From: an uncultured Actinomyces sp.
GTDB taxonomy: Bacteria; Actinomycetota; Actinomycetes; Actinomycetales; Actinomycetaceae
Length of the DNA stretch: 64,000 nucleotides
Direction of reading: 5' to 3'
Assembly (NCBI GenBank): GCA_938028585.1
Contig: CALIZH010000382.1
Coordinates: 19,221 to 83,220, forward strand
Below, in pieces: positions 29,301 through 36,884 of the stretch; positions within the stretch are counted from its first letter, which is position 1; every line of letters begins with the position of its first letter. The position numbers and the translations under genes were made by a program. The notes under the pieces were generated by a model. That model was not told where the DNA came from and ran no database searches. It saw only the letters and a list, made by a program, of their open reading frames with translations.

Positions 29301-30164
29301 TACGTCGATAACGATGAGCACCTGTACCAAGCCGGTGATTTCATCGTCACGCACAACACTGAGATCACCAAGCAGCTCGCAAAGATTCTTTTTGGTGACG
29401 ACCAACGTCACCTCATCCGTTTCGACATGTCGGAATGGGGCCGAGATGACAGCGTTGATCTTTTCCGTGAAGAACTCGCTCGCCAGGTGTGGGCAACGAG
29501 CCACTGCGTGCTGCTTTTTGACGAGATCGAGAAGGCGTCACCGCTCGTTGTACGCCTGTTGCTTCAAGTGCTCGATGATGGTCGTTTGTCTGATAAAGAT
29601 GGACGCCAGGTGTCGTTCCTGAACACGTACATCGTGCTGACCACAAACGCTGGCAGCGAGATCTACCGCACCATTGGTGAATACAACGCCGATGACCACG
29701 GGAGCGAAGAGACGATGCGAGACTACGAGAAGATCATCGAGACCTCGATCAAAAGTGAAGACGGTGGAAAGTTCCCACCCGAACTCTTGGGCCGTATCGA
29801 TGCGATTGTCCCGTTCCAGCCTCTGTCGCGTGCCACGCTGCGTAAGATCATGACGAAGAAGCTCGCCGAAATGATCACAGACGTCAAGCGTAAGCACGGC
29901 ATCCATGTCACCGTCGATGGACGTGTGTTGAACTTCCTTGTTGAAGATGAGGCGCGAAGTGACTCGGATTCTGGTGGTGCTCGTGATATGGTGCGACGAA
30001 TGCAACGGTTTGTGACAACCGAGATCGCCGCGTTTATCAACGAACACCCGCATGAACGCAATATTGCCGTCAGAATTGAAGGCACATTGCGTAGTGAAGA
30101 CGTGTCGATCTTGAAGTCGGATGCGCGTGTTGTGGTCCAACCTTATGATGCTGTTCTCGCGTAA
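26334..30164 (+). CDS. ClpA/ClpB-family double AAA+ ATPase precursor containing two inteins (about 591 aa after splicing)
   Basis: APPGTGK|T and GATGVGK|T Walker A split by inteins; LFIDEFH, IAATT, RFDMSE, LLFDEIEKA, LLQVLDDGRL, LTTNAG, FPPELLGRID, GARD; GTG start chosen (ORF open from 26292). Confidence 0.92.
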   Translation: MFDNDRLNEAYPMLRDFASRLGKPAREVVGREKEKVSLMSALARPEMCNAILLAPPGTGKAHPNDELIPVADERGYVRIGMLKVGDRVFDEHGDPVTVTGVFPQGMLREYVVVVSEVNDGWAVHCNDEHLWTVRRDGGQWQTLTLREIMDQGLYDARGGLVWELPASGALVRQSRLLPVDPYVCGAFLGWGVRIDERGYVSMPNEAPDEVFAAIEERMGWTRQKETSRSIFIHEGTGKRVEGSQVMTHPAFTSLIVKGEKERRIPRPYMTGSIHDRQEMARALRESVSYRVTHTSKGSALSALEALVSDPWAVDHDLAELERSFETSGEMISFASDIGRDVEMTCIMVDSDTHLYQVGRGHVVTHNTVLVQSCMEDDPARIYLEVDMAKMISDLSNPEEMAARLKALFDEAEAFSKAEGREVVLFIDEFHQVVQLSAAAVEALKPLLAASGSRGIKVIAATTYDEFDAHIASNLPLVERLARINIPQTNRRVTIEILKAMAQKYGVDQGMISESLYEQIFDYTNRYVPASVQPRKSIRVLDAMVGRHRYLGEPMDKKLLATVLKVEFGVEVEINVDATAIKAELDKRVFSQDFATTSIARRLQLCVAGLNDPDKPQASLLFTGATGVGKLVTDSTRVPVFSEDGSVAWKRHGDLVPGDRVFARDGSPEEVIAVFPQGKQDIYRVHTWDGRHLDVGGPHLWGVYTAKMRSNKHKGKDVQPRVMTTLEMLEAGVVRTYSHQSKTMEHVKFFIPMNDAVQRPEAVLPVDPYVVGVFIGNGGLTQNPLTLSSDDAAVVRRVSETLGYKFKKASAHNYNWVFKTGEKFGKNDKLVQTADLFIELPELVGVYSAERRIPRQYMTASIEQRWELVRGLFDTDGSITNSTDRYNISYSTFSQGLAEDVRELLFSLGVSNTVKVFTRTRDDGRVLVEYTVRVKSGNDDKARFFWLERKRAIAEEAKVATKGRQRVKKFDMIGITKIEKLPYQESASCIYVDNDEHLYQAGDFIVTHNTEITKQLAKILFGDDQRHLIRFDMSEWGRDDSVDLFREELARQVWATSHCVLLFDEIEKASPLVVRLLLQVLDDGRLSDKDGRQVSFLNTYIVLTTNAGSEIYRTIGEYNADDHGSEETMRDYEKIIETSIKSEDGGKFPPELLGRIDAIVPFQPLSRATLRKIMTKKLAEMITDVKRKHGIHVTVDGRVLNFLVEDEARSDSDSGGARDMVRRMQRFVTTEIAAFINEHPHERNIAVRIEGTLRSEDVSILKSDARVVVQPYDAVLA
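26514..27431 (+). mobile_element. Intein 1 (306 aa), Ala-start, class 3 signature, degenerate LAGLIDADG remnant
   Basis: Starts AHPNDELIP after GK; block B HCNDEHLW; block F MTCIMVD; ends VVTHN before Thr. Confidence 0.9.
28221..29357 (+). mobile_element. Intein 2 (379 aa), Leu-start, class 3 signature, LAGLIDADG homing endonuclease
   Basis: Starts LVTDSTRVPV after GK; block B GGPHLW; PYVVGVFIGNG and LVRGLFDTDGS; block F ASCIYVD; ends IVTHN before Thr. Confidence 0.9.
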
Positions 30165-30316
30165 TAGTGCGAATATGCTCGTATATCAACATTGGTGCAT
30201 AAAATTGTGATATGCTGATACACGAGTGTAAACCTCGCGATGCCGGTACCATTCATTACCGTGGTGGGGTGGTGGTACCGGCTCCATCACCCATTTGATC
30301 AAACGAAAGGATTTCA

Positions 30317-32593
30317 ATGTTGTTTGGCAAGAAAGACAAGGCTGCTGCCGATGGCGGTGGCGCAATTGAAGAGACTCAGGCAGTCGCTCCTGCTCAGGCA
30401 CCAGCCGTTGATGCACGCGCTGCGAAGGACTCGCTCACCCTGGTTATTGATGAGACTGAACCCGGCGCTGCGCTCGATATTATTCGCCAGAACACCGAGT
30501 GGCTTCTACCAAACGGTATTGGCGTGATCCTTGCGCTCCCTGTTGATGCTTCGATCGAAGATGGCGGCATTGGGGGTCTTGGTAAGGTCTCGTCCAAGGG
30601 CAATGAGGACAAGGGATCGATCCTTCAGCGGATCGCTGACGATAAGATCCAGGTGTGTGCGACCGAAGACATGCTTCGTCACAATATCCTGGGCGTGATC
30701 CCCACTCCCGCCTCCCTTGGACCTGATGGCATGGGTGAGTACACCCTCTTTGACCGTGCGAAGTTCTTGCTCACGTCGGTGACCCCTCGCCCGGATGGAA
30801 CTCTTGAAACCGTTCCTGTTCATTTCGATGAAGCAACGGGTCTCATTGAGGTTCCTGATGGAGACATCGATACTGTCACCCTGGCTCAGGCACAGGAGAT
30901 TGCAGCGGGCAGCGTCACCCTGGCATCGCTCATCCCAACGCTGTGGAAGCGTCTCGGCGGAGACGGGGTTGAAGAGGAAGCTGTAGAAGAAGCGGCACCC
31001 GAAGAGGTGCATGAGGACACAGCACCGGCTGCTCCCACTCTTCCGCCTACCGCTGCTCAGAGTGAGTCTGTTGAGGCTGTTGAGAATCTGCCTCATTTCG
31101 ATCCCGATGACATCCCGGATGAGCCTTTGACTGATGAGCTGCCTTCGGATGAGGGTCTGTATGACGAGGACGATGAGATGGAGAACCCCTTTGATGACAT
31201 CGAAGAGACTCCCGCTCCTGCCCCGCATGTACCGACCCAGACCGAAGAGGTAGAGGTCGCTCCTGAGGTCGCTCCGGTGGACGAGCGTGTCTTTAATAAA
31301 GACGCTGTTCGCACAGCTGTTGCTCGTCGTTTCCTTGATGACAGCCTGGATTTCGCCGTTGATATGACGCCTTTCGAGACCTTGCTGGGCTACGAGGTTG
31401 ATACCCCGGCTCAGTTCTCGCTCGATGGTCTTGACAGTGCTAACTGGTTGGACGGCCAGATCAAGATGCTCTCTCAGCAGGCGAACACCGTTCTTGCTGA
31501 TCAGCGTCGTCGTGATATCGAGGAACTGCGTAACTTGTTCTTCTCGCTGGTGTCGCGTACGGGTGATGAGATCAGCGCTCAGATGAGCACTGATGAAGAT
31601 GCTGAGAACACGTGGGCCAAGACCATGGCTGAGGTCAATGGTAATGAGAAGAATGCTCTTGCCGATTTGAGCGAGATTTCTGAGAAGCAGAAGGCTGTGC
31701 TCGCCGATCAGTACCAACAGGAACGTGAAGCCTTTATCCAGGCTCGAATCGGAGAAGAGCGCGTGCGTTACGACGAGCGTCACAAGCCTGCTCTCATTCG
31801 CCGGATGGATGACTTGGAAGCATCGGTTCGCTCCGACATCGAGTCCGACTACGAGGCCCGCCGCTATGAGATTCTGCGTGCTCGTAAGACCTCGGCACAG
31901 GGTGCGTTCGATGCGGCCATCACCAAGGTGATGGATCACCTCATTGAAAAGCGCGCTGAGCAGGTGCAGCGCGAGGCTGAATTGATTGAGAAGTTCCGCG
32001 TCGAGATGAGTGACTTCCTTGATGAGAATCGTAAGGAAGACATTGCTCGCACTCAGGCTCTCCAAGAGCAGCTCTCGCGTCAAAACATTGTTGAAGAAAA
32101 GAGCGCTGAGTTTGCAGCTCGTGAACAGGAGTTGCACGAGCAGATCGCACGTGAACGCGATGAGGCTCACAAGCGCGTTCTAGCGGCTCAGGACGAAGCA
32201 AACAAGGTCTTGGAACGTATGCGCCAGGAAAATGCTGCACAGCTTGCTCAGGCTCGCGCCGAGGTCGAGCGTGCGAACGAGCGCGTGAAGGAAGAAGCCG
32301 AGCGCGTGGGTGTTGTTCGTGATGAGATCGCACGTCAGTTCCAGAGCCAGGTCGAGTCGCTGCAAACCGACAAGCAGTTGCTCATGGACCAGATGGATCG
32401 CGAGAACCTTGTTGCTAAGCGTGCCAACCGTCTCTACATTGCGTTGGCTGTCTTGGTTGCTTTGGCGTTCCTCGCACTGGGCGTCATCATTGGAATGCTC
32501 GTTCATGGCGGGGCAGGTTCGAGTGCACACGCTGCTTCGATGATGGAATGGGTGATGAACACTGCTGCTGGTGGTGGTACATTGGGTGTGTAA
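30317..32593 (+). CDS. Large coiled-coil protein with acidic linker and C-terminal TM anchor
   Basis: 758 aa; long E/R/A/Q-rich heptad region; C-terminal hydrophobic helix LYIALAVLVALAFLALGVIIGMLV. Confidence 0.8.
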   Translation: MLFGKKDKAAADGGGAIEETQAVAPAQAPAVDARAAKDSLTLVIDETEPGAALDIIRQNTEWLLPNGIGVILALPVDASIEDGGIGGLGKVSSKGNEDKGSILQRIADDKIQVCATEDMLRHNILGVIPTPASLGPDGMGEYTLFDRAKFLLTSVTPRPDGTLETVPVHFDEATGLIEVPDGDIDTVTLAQAQEIAAGSVTLASLIPTLWKRLGGDGVEEEAVEEAAPEEVHEDTAPAAPTLPPTAAQSESVEAVENLPHFDPDDIPDEPLTDELPSDEGLYDEDDEMENPFDDIEETPAPAPHVPTQTEEVEVAPEVAPVDERVFNKDAVRTAVARRFLDDSLDFAVDMTPFETLLGYEVDTPAQFSLDGLDSANWLDGQIKMLSQQANTVLADQRRRDIEELRNLFFSLVSRTGDEISAQMSTDEDAENTWAKTMAEVNGNEKNALADLSEISEKQKAVLADQYQQEREAFIQARIGEERVRYDERHKPALIRRMDDLEASVRSDIESDYEARRYEILRARKTSAQGAFDAAITKVMDHLIEKRAEQVQREAELIEKFRVEMSDFLDENRKEDIARTQALQEQLSRQNIVEEKSAEFAAREQELHEQIARERDEAHKRVLAAQDEANKVLERMRQENAAQLAQARAEVERANERVKEEAERVGVVRDEIARQFQSQVESLQTDKQLLMDQMDRENLVAKRANRLYIALAVLVALAFLALGVIIGMLVHGGAGSSAHAASMMEWVMNTAAGGGTLGV

Positions 32594-32622
32594 TACACCC
32601 GTGCACCACTTGGTAGCGTAGA

Positions 32623-32665
32623 AGGGGATACGGTCTGGGAAACCTGGGCCGTATCCCCTCTTTTT
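32623..32665 (+). terminator. Rho-independent terminator
   Basis: AGGGGATACGG/CCGTATCCCCT followed by CTTTTT. Confidence 0.75.
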
Positions 32666-32739
32666 GTCTTTGATACGACCTGTGTATATCTGATATGATT
32701 GTATTGGTGTACCAAACGAATTAAAAGGAAGGTGACGAT

Positions 32740-35700
32740 ATGGGTTGGCGTCGAAAAGCCAGAGGGCAGGCCCCTCGTGAAAAGGGGAGCCAAGCGTGGG
32801 CACAGCTCGGTCAACAAGACGAGCTAGACTCCTTGGCGTACCAGGATGTTCACGGGGATCAGCAGTTAGAGCGTAGTGAGATTGAAGCAAAGCTCTCTCC
32901 ACGATCTCGTGAGATCGCCTCAGCAGCGGTCGGCATATTTGTCTTTATCGCCGTCTGGGTGATCATTTCGTTTGGTTCGATGGGGATTGCAGCGGTGAAA
33001 GACTCGCTGTGGCACTCGTCTGTTCCAAGCTATTCGGTTGAGAATAAAGATCTGACTAAAGCCTTGCACCGCTCTGTGATCAACGAGGTGTGTTATTCTC
33101 CAGCTTTAGCAGATGGTACGCCTGATCCATCTGATGAGACGTGCTACGAGTCAGCTAAGGACGTTCCTGAACCACAGTGGCACACAGACGCTGTGTCAGC
33201 AGAAAAGGCCGAGCGGGATGCTGGGTTGGCTGATCGGCCTGGGAGCGCTCTGGGGTGGATCTTCTCATTCGGCTGGATTAAGTTCTTTGTCTCCGCCTTC
33301 GCTGGCGGCGCAGCATGGGGAGCGCTCCGTCTGGTGCTCATGCGCAACCTCAAGGCCCAGAACCTCATGCGTGATACCACGGATATTAACCAGTACAAGA
33401 ACGACCAGCACGTGGCTTTGCCCGAAGAGGTGCGCGAGCGCTTCGACGTTGTTCCCGATGTTGGAGCACACACAGGAGTCAGTGCGACCACGCTCATCTC
33501 ACACTCGATGGTGGCGAATAAGGGTATTAAGCCGGTGGCTTTTGCCAAGCGTGCTGAGCAAGATCAGTTTGATGACGATGGTGACGTGACTTTGTTCAAG
33601 GGCGAGGTTCTCACCGATGAACACGGAACCCCGATCACTGACATGGTTCCGATGTTTGATGAAGCCTTTGGGACGGCTCTGTGGGACGCGTCGGGTCTGC
33701 CCGATAACGATAAGTTGCGTCGGCGTTTGGATCCCAGCACTGTTCCCTACAACCCTGGGAACACGAGCCGAGACAAGCTCAAAGGCTTTGCCACGCTCGC
33801 CGATCTGGTGAATGGGGAGTGGGAGCTGCCCACGTACGAGCCTCAGCGTCCGGCTGGTGTGTATTACGTCGATACGGCCCCTGCCAATACGATGATTCTT
33901 GCTATGACTCGTGCTGGTAAAGGTCAGACGTACATTGAGCCGATGCTTGATATCTGGATGCGTCAAAAGCGCCCGGACAACATGGTCATCAATGACCCCA
34001 AGGGCGAACTTTTGGTGAAAAATTACGTCCGCGCCACCATGCGCGGGTTCCAAGTCGTGCAGTTCAACCTCATCAATGCCATGAAAACGGACATTTACAA
34101 TCCGCTTGGAATGGCAGCGGAAGCAGCACGCGAAGGTGACCAGACCAAGTGTGCGCTCTACGTTGAAAACATTGCCGACGTGTTCTTCCCGGTGGATGGA
34201 GCAGAAGACCCGGTGTGGCCGAACGCTGCAAACAACGCATTCAAGCGTGCAGCATACGGCCTCATTGACTACTACCTGGAAGAAGAGCATCAGCTCCGTC
34301 AATACGCGATGCGACATGGCATGGACCAGAAGGTTTTGGAACAAAAGCTCGATGCCATGTGGGGCAAGGTGACGCTCTATAACTGCTACCAGCTTTTCGT
34401 GCAGCTCACCTCTAAGAAACGTAAGTCTCCGATGACTCAGATGAACGAGCGCCTCAAAGGTGGGTACTACGACCAGATTCAGGACGAGGACGAACGTCAG
34501 GAAGCGATCAATCACGATCAGGCACAAGCCGAGCGTATTGAGTTCTTGTGGGAAGACAAGCCTGAGCTGGACTTGCTCACCTTGTTCTTTAACGCGACCG
34601 AGGCTCTACCTCAATCGACGATGCGCACGCTCATTGCCAACGCGAACAACGCGCTTCGTGCAATGGCGGGAGCTGAGAAGATGCTCGCGTCTGTCTACGG
34701 TATCGCAATCACCGCAATGAGCTTCTTTACCGATCCGACGATCTCGACACTGACCTCTGGTACGCCCTCACAGAACACTGACTTGGGCGGGTTGTCGTTT
34801 CCTCGTCGTTTCGGTGTCCGTTTCGCACAAAACTTCACAAAGCGAGACGGACTCATCGGTGCTCAGGCGAAGTGGGATGCCTTTGATGATCCCGAGTTGA
34901 CACACAACCTCGGGAAAGACTTTGAGCACGAGGACACAGTCGTGCGAGAAGGCTGGGCGCGGTACTACTTCGATGGTAAGTTCCCTCACGATGTCGCATA
35001 CTTGCGACTGCGTTTGTTCAACCCGCATACGGGTGTGCTCTTGAAGACGTTCTACTTCCAGTTTACGAAGGGGTACCAGTTGTCCCTGAATGGTCGTAAG
35101 TTCGTCAAAGACCCTGTGACGGGAAGCAAGATCATCCGTAACGGTGTCCTCGTGGAGATGGTGAAGGGGTCGGATGGAAAACTTGTTCCAGGCCATTTGA
35201 ACTATCCCACGACTCGTCTACTTGATAAGGCCGGGAAGCCTCAGACGGTGCGAGAGAGCGTGCCTGCCATTATCTTGTCGTCGGTGCGGTACTCGGAACA
35301 GCCCAAGGCTGTGTTCCTGGTGACGCCACCGCACTTGATGAAGTATGCGAAGCTCGTGCTGATCCTCGTGAAGCAACTTGTGGACTTGAACTTTGATAAG
35401 TCGTATATGACCAAGTCGAGCCAGAAGCCGTTGTACAAGACGCGCTTCATGCTTGACGAGTTGGGTAACCTCCAGTCCGAAGGCCACGGTATTGCCGGAT
35501 TCGAAACCATGCTGTCGATTGGTCTGGGCCAGGAGCAGCAATTTACGTTGATTCTTCAAACGTTGCAGCAGGCTAGAGACGTCTATGGCGATTCGGTAGA
35601 TAAGATCATCCAAGGAAACGTGGCTAATATCGTGTTCTTGAAGTCCACGGACGATACGATGATTGAGACCTTGGCGAAGATGTCGGGTACACGCCACCGC

Positions 35701-36780
35701 GCGGTACGAGACTCGAAGACGGTGACTCAGGATACCGAGCGTTTGATCGAAGGGTTGAACGTCGAAGGTAAGGTCTCGTACACGATCAGTGCAAAAGAGG
35801 AAAGTGTCATCGGGTACAACGACTTGGCGTTCCTGCCTGAACGTAACTCGATTATCTTTTCAGCCGGTATTTCACCGATTTGGAACCGCAACGCTGAGAT
35901 CCTGCCTATGTCGTGGCGTTTGTTCAAGGACACGATTCAGCATCCAGGACACACGTATTCGCTCCAGACGATCCCGACCCTTTCGTCGGCCCTAGAGTTC
36001 GACGTACGTTTGAACCAGCCTGACTTTGTCAAGATGTTGGACAAGCGTATTGAGCAGGCTGCGAACGCGGCTGAGGCAATGAATCTGTACCAAGATGCCT
36101 ATAACCTGGATGATTACGGCATCTCGATTCTGGACCCAGATGTGTACTCGGCTGAGGTCATGGATCTTATTGCCTCGATTGAGGCAGAACGTCAAGGTCA
36201 AAGTGACGAGTCCGAAGAATACGACATGATGAGTGAGGACGCGTACCGCGCTTTCGTGGGAGCGGGTTATGACGTCTTTAGTCAAGATGACATGATCAAT
36301 GAGGACGTTCAGCAAGAGATTGCCACACGTGAAGCGATCAAGACTGATCGCGAGAAGAAGCGGTATGCCGAAGGTCAGATTAGCCGATCTGATTTTATTG
36401 GTGACAACGGAAGCGTGATCCATAGTCTTGATGATGAGATCATCGCCGCGTACCGTGAGACCAAGCGTGAACTTGCAGGAGACGCTCGGTTCTTTAGGGT
36501 GGATGTGAACGGGTCGCTCTGCTCGCTTGAAGGCCGGGTGTACATCAGCCAGGGCTTGTCGAGCAGCGAGCTGCGCGCGATCCAGGATGCATCGTCGGAT
36601 AGCAGCCAGGGTGTGTACGGGGACGATGAATCGATCACGAATGCTGCTGAGCTTGGATCGTGGCAGGTTCATGACGCGTTCTACAAGTTCTTGAACAGCT
36701 GTGAGTCGTGGGAAAATCTAGGTAACGGTGCTTTTGATCGAGCTATGGCTCGTATTCATGAGCGCCGAGAGAACGAGTGA
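32740..36780 (+). CDS. virD4: Type IV coupling protein (VirD4/TraG family)
   Basis: Two N-terminal TMs; Walker A-like AMTRAGKG, INDPKGEL, YNPL, Walker B FMLDELGNL, LILQTLQQARDVYG. Confidence 0.92.
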   Translation: MGWRRKARGQAPREKGSQAWAQLGQQDELDSLAYQDVHGDQQLERSEIEAKLSPRSREIASAAVGIFVFIAVWVIISFGSMGIAAVKDSLWHSSVPSYSVENKDLTKALHRSVINEVCYSPALADGTPDPSDETCYESAKDVPEPQWHTDAVSAEKAERDAGLADRPGSALGWIFSFGWIKFFVSAFAGGAAWGALRLVLMRNLKAQNLMRDTTDINQYKNDQHVALPEEVRERFDVVPDVGAHTGVSATTLISHSMVANKGIKPVAFAKRAEQDQFDDDGDVTLFKGEVLTDEHGTPITDMVPMFDEAFGTALWDASGLPDNDKLRRRLDPSTVPYNPGNTSRDKLKGFATLADLVNGEWELPTYEPQRPAGVYYVDTAPANTMILAMTRAGKGQTYIEPMLDIWMRQKRPDNMVINDPKGELLVKNYVRATMRGFQVVQFNLINAMKTDIYNPLGMAAEAAREGDQTKCALYVENIADVFFPVDGAEDPVWPNAANNAFKRAAYGLIDYYLEEEHQLRQYAMRHGMDQKVLEQKLDAMWGKVTLYNCYQLFVQLTSKKRKSPMTQMNERLKGGYYDQIQDEDERQEAINHDQAQAERIEFLWEDKPELDLLTLFFNATEALPQSTMRTLIANANNALRAMAGAEKMLASVYGIAITAMSFFTDPTISTLTSGTPSQNTDLGGLSFPRRFGVRFAQNFTKRDGLIGAQAKWDAFDDPELTHNLGKDFEHEDTVVREGWARYYFDGKFPHDVAYLRLRLFNPHTGVLLKTFYFQFTKGYQLSLNGRKFVKDPVTGSKIIRNGVLVEMVKGSDGKLVPGHLNYPTTRLLDKAGKPQTVRESVPAIILSSVRYSEQPKAVFLVTPPHLMKYAKLVLILVKQLVDLNFDKSYMTKSSQKPLYKTRFMLDELGNLQSEGHGIAGFETMLSIGLGQEQQFTLILQTLQQARDVYGDSVDKIIQGNVANIVFLKSTDDTMIETLAKMSGTRHRAVRDSKTVTQDTERLIEGLNVEGKVSYTISAKEESVIGYNDLAFLPERNSIIFSAGISPIWNRNAEILPMSWRLFKDTIQHPGHTYSLQTIPTLSSALEFDVRLNQPDFVKMLDKRIEQAANAAEAMNLYQDAYNLDDYGISILDPDVYSAEVMDLIASIEAERQGQSDESEEYDMMSEDAYRAFVGAGYDVFSQDDMINEDVQQEIATREAIKTDREKKRYAEGQISRSDFIGDNGSVIHSLDDEIIAAYRETKRELAGDARFFRVDVNGSLCSLEGRVYISQGLSSSELRAIQDASSDSSQGVYGDDESITNAAELGSWQVHDAFYKFLNSCESWENLGNGAFDRAMARIHERRENE

Positions 36781-36832
36781 TTCTCGTGATATGATGTAAA
36801 CCCCGGTGCGCGGAGGTGCCGGTGGTACTACG

Positions 36833-36872
36833 AAGTGAGGTGGCAGTCCATATGGATCGCCACCTCACTTTT
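36833..36872. terminator. Terminator between convergent virD4 and nuclease genes
   Basis: AAGTGAGGTGGC/GCCACCTCACTT 12-bp stem. Confidence 0.7.
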
Positions 36873-36884
36873 GTTGTATGTGTT

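Noticed and set aside
30506..32170. 554-aa minus-strand ORF, and similar long antisense ORFs (11723..12658, 27282..28286, 33499..34527, 41824..42975, 50003..51229, 55907..56935)
   Set aside because: Shadow ORFs opposite well-supported genes, expected from GC-rich codon bias
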